Shown here in pieces: positions 24,532-32,000 of a DNA stretch of 32,000 nt. How positions within the stretch are numbered: position 1 is the stretch's first letter; each line of letters opens with the position of its first letter. The stretch comes from Thermofilum adornatum (GTDB lineage Archaea > Thermoproteota > Thermoprotei > Thermofilales > Thermofilaceae), in NCBI RefSeq assembly GCF_000446015.1, contig NC_022093.1, positions 690,001 through 722,000 on the forward strand, read 5' to 3'. Under the pieces are notes generated by a model. That model was not told the origin of the DNA. It worked only from the letters and a program-made list of their open reading frames with translations, and ran no database searches. Made by a program: the position numbers and the translations under genes.

Positions 24532-25869
24532 CTAGACTGGTTGGAGGTATTTTTGTGGCTGTAGTAGCCATTGCCATAGTGGGATGTATGTTATTTTTAG
24601 GTTGCCTTGTTGTTCCTGGGCTTTGAGATCCCAGGTTATTACTAGTGCATGGGTTGTTTGGAGTTCTTGGGATGCCTTTATGAGTGCGGCTTTTTCTCTA
24701 GGCTTTATTTCTGTCTTGCTCGATGCGTAGGTGACTTGTATGAGTTGTCTTGGTCTTTGTCCCTTTGTAATTACGAAGTCTACTTCTGGGCCTTCCCTTT
24801 TGCCGTATTCTCTCCAGTAGTTTAGTGTGTAGCCGTTTCGGGCTAGCTCGACTGCGACGATGTTTTCCATTAGTTTGCCGAGGTTTTCTGTAGATTCCGT
24901 GCTTAAGGTAGTGATGATGCCGTTATCTATTATGTAGGCTTTTTTGGGGTACTGTTTCCTGTTCCTGATTGTTGGGGAGTATATCTCGGAGAGGAGTACT
25001 AGGTAGGCCTGCCTGGCGCACTCGACGTATTCAATGAGTTTGGCTTTGCTTGTCCTGTATCCCAGGGACTTTGCAAAGTTGTAGAGCTTTGAAACGCTGA
25101 ATAGACCTGTCGCGCCCGTGACGAGGGCGGAGAGTACAAGGTCGAGGATGTCTGGGTCCAGCCTGCATCTTTCAACTAGGTCCCTGTAGAATATAGCGTT
25201 GTAATGGGACTTGAGGAATGCTCTTTTTTCCTCTGGGGTCTCCGCTAAGACTACTCTTGGGAAGCCCCCATAGACAAGGTACTCTCTTAGTAGGCGTAGA
25301 ACTGTGCCTCTCTCTTCTAGGTATGAAAGGGTCTCTGGGTCCCGTATCTCGGCCCTTTTCGCCTTGATAAATTCCCGGAAGCTAAATGGGAAGACTGTAT
25401 AGTCTACGCTTCTGCCCCTGAGGGCGTCTGCTATCTCTTTGCTTGTAAGCTTTGAGGTAGACCCCGTTATGTATATTTTGTACTTTTCCGAGTCGTGGAT
25501 CCTGCGGACCCACTTGTCCCAGTCGTTCACGAGCTGTACCTCGTCGAGGAGCAAGTATATAGGTCGGCTCACGTCGGGCTCAAACGTCTCATAGTAGACC
25601 TTAACCATGTCCTCGAGATCATTAGCGTCAAGCCTACGTAGCCTCTCATGCTCAAAGTTAACATAGAGAATGTTGCTCCTCGGGACACCCAGAGCCATAA
25701 GCTCGCCTACCAGCTGGAAAAGCCTATACGTCTTTCCCGCCTGCCTTGGACCCGTAACAGTGACTATATATGTCGGATCCAGGGGCAACTTGATCTCTCG
25801 TTCGACGACACTTGGAAGTTTCCGGGTCTTCCAATCGGCTAGAACCCAACGGAAATCTTCTTCACGCAT
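24532..25869 (-). CDS. AAA-superfamily ATPase of the COG1373 type (AAA_14 + DUF4143 architecture)
   Basis: 445 aa with Walker A GPRQAGKTY and Walker B LLLDEVQ. The layout is the one I recognise from the widespread archaeal ATPase family of unknown function. Confidence 0.8.
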   Translation of the reverse strand: MREEDFRWVLADWKTRKLPSVVEREIKLPLDPTYIVTVTGPRQAGKTYRLFQLVGELMALGVPRSNILYVNFEHERLRRLDANDLEDMVKVYYETFEPDVSRPIYLLLDEVQLVNDWDKWVRRIHDSEKYKIYITGSTSKLTSKEIADALRGRSVDYTVFPFSFREFIKAKRAEIRDPETLSYLEERGTVLRLLREYLVYGGFPRVVLAETPEEKRAFLKSHYNAIFYRDLVERCRLDPDILDLVLSALVTGATGLFSVSKLYNFAKSLGYRTSKAKLIEYVECARQAYLVLLSEIYSPTIRNRKQYPKKAYIIDNGIITTLSTESTENLGKLMENIVAVELARNGYTLNYWREYGKREGPEVDFVITKGQRPRQLIQVTYASSKTEIKPREKAALIKASQELQTTHALVITWDLKAQEQQGNLKITYIPLWQWLLQPQKYLQPV

Positions 25870-26013
25870 ACTGTTTTAACAGAAAACAACATTTTATTAA
25901 AGTTGTTCTAACAGAAAACAACTTTTCCCAAAAACCATACAAAAACATCCAGGGAAGACAAAGTCATTGAGACCCTATTAAAGCTCCGAAGCAAATAGAA
26001 ACTTCCCAACATA

Positions 26014-26112
26014 TGGTGGGCCCGCCGGGATTCGAACCCGGGACCCCCCGGTGTTCCAGCGCGCGGCGCGCGCTTATGAGCCGGGTGCTCCACCTGGCTG
26101 AGCTACGGGCCC
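26014..26112 (-). tRNA. tRNA-Met: tRNA with anticodon CAT (elongator Met type, or Ile2) carrying a 22-nt intron; CCA encoded
   Basis: Hand-folded cloverleaf: acceptor GGGCCCG/CGGGCCC, D arm GCTC/GAGC, anticodon stem CCCGG/CCGGG, loop CTCATAA (CAT at 26076-26078), T arm CCGGG-TTCGAAT-CCCGG. The intron is at about 26053-26074, at the canonical 37/38 position. G1:C72 argues against an initiator. Confidence 0.85.
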
Positions 26113-26609
26113 TAAGGTCATTAGTTAGAGGTATTTTTTGGTAATAAATTTTTCTTTGCTGGGCATTTACGCACTAATCAGAGAACTTGTAGGAGGCATA
26201 TAGGAGGTGTTTTGGGACGATAGCTGGTACTGTGATCTCGTTTTTAATAGGATATCTATTAGGATCACTATTAAATGAAATGGATGTATGTGATAGTGGA
26301 TTAGCATTGCTTTCGTAGCATGGCTAAATGCGAATGCTTGATGGTTATATGACTTAGGCTATTATCCCTCTTCTGAAGACTTATCGCTTTTTCTATATTC
26401 CCAGTTTCAGAGGCTATATGATGGCATGAAGTGGGTATCAATGGGCATGTTTATCTTTGGGATGGGAATAGCTCTTTTTGTTATAGTGGCAATGGAAGAA
26501 CTCAAAGAAAAAAATAGACAAACTAGAAGCAAAGCTGTCCCAGCAAATAGCCCCAGAGAGATAAAATACCCTGCCAGCTCTGTCTCGGTGTTTAGGGAAA
26601 AAGTTTTTC

Positions 26610-27941
26610 TTAGAGTTTTCTTTGTGCTTCTTTTATGGATTCTTCTAGTATGGATAATCCTGTCTCCATTTGTTCTTGTGTGATTGTGAGTGGTGGCGCT
26701 ATTCTGATTGTGCTTTGGCCTGCACCTATGACGAGCAGTCCCTTTTTGAATGCCGTGTCGAGGGTTAGCTGTAGGAGTTTTATGTGTGGTTCTCCTTTCT
26801 CTGTTACGAGTTCTGCGCCTATCATTAGTCCTTTGCCTCTTACGTCTCCTATGGCGGGTATCTCTGTCTGCATTTCTCTAAGCCTCTTCATCGCGTATTC
26901 TCCGACCCGTGTGGCATTTTCGAGTAGTTTTTCTTCTTCAATTACCTGTATGGTTGCCAGTGCAGCTGCACAGCTTACTGGGTTTCCGCCGAACGTTGAG
27001 GCGTGTGAGCCGGGCGGGAGGTCCATTACTTCTGCTTTTCCTATGATTGCTCCTAGGGGTAGCCCGCTGGCTATTCCCTTGGCGACTGCTATTATGTCTG
27101 GTGTTACGCCGAAGTGTTCTATCGCGAACCACTTACCTGTTCTACCCATGCCGCTCTGTACCTCGTCCACTATGAGTAGGAAGCCGTACTTGTCTGCTAA
27201 CTCTCGGAGCCTCTTGAAGAATTCTGGTGGGGGCACAATGTATCCTCCCTCGCCTGCAATTGGCTCTATGACGACTGCGGCTACTTCTTCTGGCGGGACG
27301 TATTTCTTGAGCATCCATTCCTCGATGAAATCTACGCACCACATGTTGCATTCTGGGTATCTCTGTTTGAAGGGGCAACGGTAGCAGTAGGGGTAGGGGG
27401 CGTGATATACTCCTGGGAGTAGGGGTCCTAGGTGCCTCCTCTGGACAGGCTTGCTACTGGTCAGCGAGAGTGACCCGTATGTCCGCCCGTGGAAGGAGCC
27501 AGCGAATGCTATGATGTATGGCCGTGTCCCGCGGAAGTGTCCCCTAGCTGTCTTTATTGCGGCTTCAATAGACTCGGTCCCGCTGTTGGTGTAGAAGACT
27601 TTCTTTGGGAAGGCTCCTGGCGTTATCTTTGACAACTTTTCGGCAAGCTTTACTGGCTCCTCGTATAGGAAGTCTGTAAGCGAGTAGTGGAGATACTTTT
27701 CTGCCTGCTCCTTTATTGCCTGGACGACTTTGGGGTGTGCATGGCCTACATTTGTTACGGCTATGCCCGAGTTGAAGTCTAGGTAAACATTTCCATCAAC
27801 GTCCTCTACCCATACGCCGTAGGCACGTTTAACGACGAGGGGGTACCACCTGGCAAAGCTCTGCATGAGTAGCTCGGAGTCTTTTTTGACTATTTCCATT
27901 GATTTGGGTCCCGGAGGGGGAACCACGATGTTTGGCTTCAT
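26610..27941 (-). CDS. Class-III PLP-dependent aminotransferase (4-aminobutyrate/ornithine aminotransferase family)
   Basis: 443 aa with YLDFNSGIAVTNVGHAHPKVV, FYTNSGTESIEAAIK, LLIVDEVQSGMGRTGK and AVAKGIASGLPLGA (PLP lysine context). Confidence 0.9.
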   Translation of the reverse strand: MKPNIVVPPPGPKSMEIVKKDSELLMQSFARWYPLVVKRAYGVWVEDVDGNVYLDFNSGIAVTNVGHAHPKVVQAIKEQAEKYLHYSLTDFLYEEPVKLAEKLSKITPGAFPKKVFYTNSGTESIEAAIKTARGHFRGTRPYIIAFAGSFHGRTYGSLSLTSSKPVQRRHLGPLLPGVYHAPYPYCYRCPFKQRYPECNMWCVDFIEEWMLKKYVPPEEVAAVVIEPIAGEGGYIVPPPEFFKRLRELADKYGFLLIVDEVQSGMGRTGKWFAIEHFGVTPDIIAVAKGIASGLPLGAIIGKAEVMDLPPGSHASTFGGNPVSCAAALATIQVIEEEKLLENATRVGEYAMKRLREMQTEIPAIGDVRGKGLMIGAELVTEKGEPHIKLLQLTLDTAFKKGLLVIGAGQSTIRIAPPLTITQEQMETGLSILEESIKEAQRKL

Positions 27942-28005
27942 CGATTTATAAACTATTAACGGTAAATATATATATTTCTATGCGAAGATTTCTACACGAA
28001 GTGTT

Positions 28006-28563
28006 ATGGATGTAACATTTGACATTATATGGCTTGGGCGGGGTGGCCAAGGCGTTGTTACGGCGGCAAACCTGCTGGCAGAGGCGTCCATTAGGAGCGG
28101 CAAGTATGCACTCTCTATACCCTTCTTCGGTGCCGAGAGAAGAGGAGCCCCGGTCTTTGCATATAACAGGATTTCTGACGGCAAGATTCTTAGCAGGGCC
28201 CGTGTGACCCGGGCAGATCTCGTGGCTGTGCTTGACCCTACTCTTCTGGAGACTTTTAGGCTTGAAGGCTTTTTGAAGCCTGGAGGGAAAATAGTGGTGA
28301 ATAGTGGGGGGAGAAGACTTAAATTGCCTAGCGGGGTAGAGTCTTACTGTCTTGACGCTGTCTCGGTTGCCGAGTCTCTTGGGCTTAGGCTCGCGGGCAT
28401 AGTGCTTGTAAACATGCCTATGCTTGGTGCAACTGCAAGGATGTATGGCGGGGTAGAGTTTATGCATCTCGAAGAAGCCGTGAAAGACCTTATTAGGTCC
28501 CAGGTCGAAAAGAATGTTGAGGCTGTGAAGAGGGGTTGGGAGAATGTCGGGAAGTGCAGTTAA
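28006..28563 (+). CDS. 2-oxoacid:ferredoxin oxidoreductase gamma subunit (POR/VOR type)
   Basis: 185 aa. IIWLGRGGQGVVTAANLLAEA...FGAERRGAPV is typical of gamma subunits. Confidence 0.85.
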   Translation: MDVTFDIIWLGRGGQGVVTAANLLAEASIRSGKYALSIPFFGAERRGAPVFAYNRISDGKILSRARVTRADLVAVLDPTLLETFRLEGFLKPGGKIVVNSGGRRLKLPSGVESYCLDAVSVAESLGLRLAGIVLVNMPMLGATARMYGGVEFMHLEEAVKDLIRSQVEKNVEAVKRGWENVGKCS

Positions 28564-28804
28564 GCTCTTGGCGAGGCCTACAGTTGGGGCTGTATCTGCG
28601 GGGTCCTGGCGAACCGAGAGACCGGTCGTCGACATGTCTAAGTGTAAGCTTTGCGGCGTTTGCTGGCTATACTGCCCTGACGGCGTAATAGAGATAGACG
28701 ACGAAAAGAAGATGCTCAAGATAGACTACGACTACTGTAAGGGTTGTGGTATCTGTGCACAGGAGTGCCCGTTCAAGGCTATATCCATGGTGAGGGAGGG
28801 GTGA
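28544..28804 (+). CDS. 2-oxoacid:ferredoxin oxidoreductase delta subunit (2x[4Fe-4S] ferredoxin-like)
   Basis: 86 aa with CKLCGVCWLYCP and CKGCGICAQECP cluster motifs. Confidence 0.85.
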   Translation: MSGSAVKLLARPTVGAVSAGSWRTERPVVDMSKCKLCGVCWLYCPDGVIEIDDEKKMLKIDYDYCKGCGICAQECPFKAISMVREG

Positions 28805-29973
28805 AGACTGTGGCTGGCAAGGAAAGACTCCTTTTGACTGGAAACTATGCCGCCGCATACGCCGCACGGGACGCAGACGTAGACGTGGTCTCGGCTTACC
28901 CCATAACTCCCCAGACGACTGTCATAGAAAAGATCGCCGACTTTATTGCCTCGGGAGAGCTAAACGCAAAGTTTGTACGTGTTGAGTCCGAACACAGCGC
29001 TATGGCTGCCCTCATAGGCGCATCCAGCGTGGGGGCAAGGACCTTTACAGCTACGAGCGCCCATGGCCTATTATACATGTATGAGGTGGTGTGGTGGGCG
29101 TCGGGCGCCAGGTTGCCCATAGTCATGGGGCTGGTTACACGTGCTCTTGGACCGCCCTGGAGCATATGGAGCGAACATGCAGATTTCTATACTATGAGGG
29201 ATAGCGGGTGGAACCTGTTCTTCGCCTCAAACGCCCAGGAGGTATACGACCTGCTCTTGATTTCCTATGGGGTGTCCGAGAACCAGGAAGTGATCCTGCC
29301 CTCCTGTGTGGGTTGGGATGCGTTCGAGGTTAGTCACACGTATGAGCCTGTTTCCGTTCTAGGAAGAGAGGAAGCTTCGAGATTCCTGCCGCCGAAGGGG
29401 TCGTTTAAGCCGTCTTTGAGTAGCGAGGAGCCCGGGTCTCTTGGAAACCTCGCCTACCCGCCCGAGTACCTGGACATTAGGCATACCATGCGCCAGGCGT
29501 CTGACAAGGTTCTCGGGGTATTTAGGGAGGCGGCGGTAAGGTATGCGAAGCTTACGGGCCGCGACTACTCGGGGATGTATGAGTGTTACAGGTGTGAGGA
29601 CGCAGATACAATAATCGTTGGCATGGGGTCCATTATGGGCGAAGCTTACAGGGCTGTTGACAATTTACGTGACGAGGACATGAAGGTTGGTGCTCTGAAG
29701 CTTTGGGTGTATAGGCCGTTCCCATATGAGGAGCTCTACAAGGCTGTCCAAAACGTGGATACAATAGTCACTGTGTCTAGGTCTTCTGTGTTTGGGAGCA
29801 TGTCTCCGATCGGACTGGACTTTGCGTCCCTGATAGCGTCTAGGGGTCTAGACGCAAAGATAGCTGACTATGTGGCTGGCGTTGGCGGGATGGATGTTTA
29901 TGCAGAGGACTTTGTTGGAATGGTTAAGGATGCTCACAAGAATACTGGTAGGAATGTTTGGTGGGTGAGATAG
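28801..29973 (+). CDS. 2-oxoacid:ferredoxin oxidoreductase alpha subunit
   Basis: The start is taken at GTG 28801 (GTGA overlap with the delta stop) rather than the track's 28744. LLTGNYAAAYAARDADVDVVSAYPITPQT is the usual alpha N-terminus. Confidence 0.85.
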   Translation: MKTVAGKERLLLTGNYAAAYAARDADVDVVSAYPITPQTTVIEKIADFIASGELNAKFVRVESEHSAMAALIGASSVGARTFTATSAHGLLYMYEVVWWASGARLPIVMGLVTRALGPPWSIWSEHADFYTMRDSGWNLFFASNAQEVYDLLLISYGVSENQEVILPSCVGWDAFEVSHTYEPVSVLGREEASRFLPPKGSFKPSLSSEEPGSLGNLAYPPEYLDIRHTMRQASDKVLGVFREAAVRYAKLTGRDYSGMYECYRCEDADTIIVGMGSIMGEAYRAVDNLRDEDMKVGALKLWVYRPFPYEELYKAVQNVDTIVTVSRSSVFGSMSPIGLDFASLIASRGLDAKIADYVAGVGGMDVYAEDFVGMVKDAHKNTGRNVWWVR

Positions 29974-30870
29974 ATGTCGCACAGGATGTTCCCGAAAGAG
30001 GAATACATACTCAAAGGGCACGCTGCCTGTCCAGGCTGTGGAGCCACGTTGCTACTTAGACATGTCTTGAAGGCTCTAGGGCCAAACACTTACCTCGTTA
30101 TACCTGCCTGCTGTACGAGCGTGATTGCTGGCCCCCATCCAAGGTCGGCGTTTAAGGTTCCGGTTCTCCACATAGCCTTCGCGGCCAGCGCGGCTGCTGC
30201 CTCAGGCATGATTGAGGCACTCGACAAGCTTGGGAAGCCAGCGAACGTCGTGGTTTGGGCGGGAGATGGAGGCACTGTTGATATAGGCATCCAGGCTCTG
30301 AGTGGAGCGGCTGAGAGGGGCCACAACATAATATACATATGTTATGATAACGAGGCATACATGAACACGGGTATACAGAAGTCCGGCTCTACGCCGTACA
30401 AGGCCTGGACCACTACGACCCCAACGGGTAATGTAAGCTTTAAGAAGGATGTCCCGTCGATAATGGTTTCCCACAGGGTTCCCATTGTAGCGACGATTAA
30501 CCCCGCATACCCAAACGATATCTACGAGAAGCTCAGAAAGGCGCAGGGCATAAAGGATGGTCTAAAATATATACATGCCTTCTCGCCATGCCCGCCGGGC
30601 TGGAGATACGACTCGAGCCTGACGGTAAAGATCGCACGTCTAGCCGTTGAGACGGGCATATGGGTTCTCTACGAGGTTGACCATGGAAAGTTCAGGCTTA
30701 CGGGACCCAGCAAGAACCTATTAGACAAAGACAAGAGGAAACCTGTTAAAGAATATCTAAAGCTTCAGGGAAGGTTTGCACACCTGAGAGAGGAGGACAT
30801 AGAGGAGATCCAGAGGCTCGTAGATGCACAGTGGGAGTCTATCGCCAAGCTGTTAAAAGAGCAAGAGTAG
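29974..30870 (+). CDS. 2-oxoacid:ferredoxin oxidoreductase beta subunit (TPP-binding)
   Basis: 298 aa with CPGCG and GDGGTVDIGIQALSGAAERGHNIIYICYDNEAYMNTG (TPP motif). Confidence 0.9.
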   Translation: MSHRMFPKEEYILKGHAACPGCGATLLLRHVLKALGPNTYLVIPACCTSVIAGPHPRSAFKVPVLHIAFAASAAAASGMIEALDKLGKPANVVVWAGDGGTVDIGIQALSGAAERGHNIIYICYDNEAYMNTGIQKSGSTPYKAWTTTTPTGNVSFKKDVPSIMVSHRVPIVATINPAYPNDIYEKLRKAQGIKDGLKYIHAFSPCPPGWRYDSSLTVKIARLAVETGIWVLYEVDHGKFRLTGPSKNLLDKDKRKPVKEYLKLQGRFAHLREEDIEEIQRLVDAQWESIAKLLKEQE

Positions 30871-32000
30871 AACCGATATAGCTAGGGCCAGGAAGACAAG
30901 TAGCAAGCCGTCCCTTGTGTTTTTCCTTGTAGCAACTGATATCTTGTCTAGTTTTTCGCCGTCCATGAACTTGTCCCTTACTGACAGGACAGTGTAGCCG
31001 ACCTCTGCCTCCTGGAGGCTGGCCAACGCGTCCTGGGCGCATTTCACTGCTTTTTCTAGGACTTGCTCTGGGTTAACGGATCCCACGGGGTAATAGTCTC
31101 TGCCCTGGTAGAGCCCAGTATAGATGTGTGTGTCGGTCGTTGTAACTATGACTGTGTCTGCCATGTTGCCCAGCCTCGACACAAGCCTTGCCTTGAAGTC
31201 GGGCTCCATATTGTTACCGTCGAAGGACGCCACTAGGAACCTTTTCCCTCCTATGCTTATTGCGGCGCAAGCTATGCCTGCGGGTCCAATGGTTATATTG
31301 TCTGTATAGTCTATGCTCGAGAAGCCTGCCTGTATCTTTCCCTCAGTTATCTTGTTCTCGGTAGCGGTCCTCACGGCGGCTATTATTTTTGCTATCTCGT
31401 CTTCTTGTTCGTTTTCAATCTTTAGGAAGCCGTCTGCGATCATGTTGTGATTGTCGACTGTGACTGTGCCTAGCTCTTCTAGCGAAAGCTCTGAGACCCT
31501 GTATGGGAGGTCCTCCATTATAACTATGGGGTCTAAAAATGCTAGTCTTGGTATGTCTCCGAATCCTAAGACCGTTATCCTAAGGAGGCTCGTTGTATAT
31601 TCCCCAGCCCACCCGGAGCTAGCACGTGGCTGTACCTGTGCTCCGCATATTGCGCTGGCCACCCGACTTGTAGCTTCAACCGTAGCTAGGTTCTCGGAGT
31701 GCGCAACTGGTGCCTTGAGGAATAATACAGGAACTTTTGAGCACTGTTTTACAAGCTGGGGTAGGGTGCTACTTCCAAGTGTCCTCAATGGTCCAGGATG
31801 CACGTTTGAAACGACGAGTCTGCCAATTTCCTGGCCACGGCTGTGGAAGGAGTAGATGTGTATGGGTAGTGTCCTCTCTGTTGATATTTTTTCGAGGTAC
31901 TTTTCTACGTCTATGTGGTCGCCTGAAAGGATGTATCTGAGAAAGGCTTCGAGGAAGCCGAGGCTACTCACACCAGCGATTCTCCTTATCCTGCTGTCGA
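30853..32000 (-). CDS. Conserved-looking archaeal protein with C-terminal membrane anchor (5' end beyond window)
   Basis: The frame stays open upstream of the track's GTG 31971 to the window edge. The C-terminus is the hydrophobic GLLLVFLALAISVLLLLF. It may be DUF2070-like, but I cannot verify that. Its 3' end overlaps the beta-subunit gene by 18 nt. Confidence 0.6.
   Translation of the reverse strand, partial: DSRIRRIAGVSSLGFLEAFLRYILSGDHIDVEKYLEKISTERTLPIHIYSFHSRGQEIGRLVVSNVHPGPLRTLGSSTLPQLVKQCSKVPVLFLKAPVAHSENLATVEATSRVASAICGAQVQPRASSGWAGEYTTSLLRITVLGFGDIPRLAFLDPIVIMEDLPYRVSELSLEELGTVTVDNHNMIADGFLKIENEQEDEIAKIIAAVRTATENKITEGKIQAGFSSIDYTDNITIGPAGIACAAISIGGKRFLVASFDGNNMEPDFKARLVSRLGNMADTVIVTTTDTHIYTGLYQGRDYYPVGSVNPEQVLEKAVKCAQDALASLQEAEVGYTVLSVRDKFMDGEKLDKISVATRKNTRDGLLLVFLALAISVLLLLF

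Noticed and set aside
25908-26093. 61-aa ORF on the - strand.
   Set aside because: It overlaps the tRNA gene almost entirely and is an artefact of the GC-rich tRNA sequence.
24532-26112. An integrated element next to the tRNA (a tRNA gene followed by a COG1373 ATPase).
   Set aside because: There is no integrase and no duplicated partial tRNA (att) sequence anywhere in the window. The flanking genes follow the local strand composition.
26426-26683. 85-aa ORF with a hydrophobic N-terminus, convergent with the aminotransferase gene.
   Set aside because: Its last 74 nt overlap the aminotransferase 3' end, and its C-terminal half is the antisense shadow of that gene. Evidence for a real small membrane protein is insufficient.
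28006-30870. Assigning the oxidoreductase operon specifically to pyruvate (por) or 2-ketoisovalerate (vor).
   Set aside because: The gamma-delta-alpha-beta order and the motifs are shared by both enzyme types. Substrate specificity cannot be read from the sequence without phylogenetic comparison.

Overview
Archaeal chromosomal segment, shown by an intron-containing tRNA, PIN/VapBC pairs, a four-subunit 2-oxoacid:ferredoxin oxidoreductase and a COG1373-type ATPase. The sequence style suggests a hyperthermophilic crenarchaeon, but the organism is not identified. I support about 33 protein genes or gene remnants and one tRNA. There are five ABC-2-type exporter modules or remnants: 1-1498, a remnant at 3785-4060, 14892-16284, 17756-19422 and 22705-24516. 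Other content is an FmdE plus BtuF/FecCD/FepC-type uptake operon (11118-14738), two vapBC pairs, a radical-SAM gene, an HTH-CBS regulator, a class-III aminotransferase, a POR/VOR-type operon and several orphan genes. No CRISPR array, transposase or integrase was seen. Four signals are not explained by genes. (1) The 5.6-6.3 kb gene-free AT-rich region holds three 21-bp ORB-like boxes, two of them inverted around a 24 % GC spacer. It lies where the + strand flips from A+C-rich to G+T-rich, so I read it as a candidate replication origin with no orc1/cdc6 gene nearby. (2) The strand asymmetry follows the DNA strand rather than gene orientation and persists in non-coding DNA. (3) A GC-only palindrome, (T)AGCGCGCGCT, and shorter GCGCGC cores sit in almost every long intergenic spacer and in the tRNA intron, but in only one intact CDS. 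(4) There is local gene decay: a permease remnant, a P-loop-less ABC ATPase and a frameshifted membrane gene. Family assignments come from motif recognition by eye; no searches were run.
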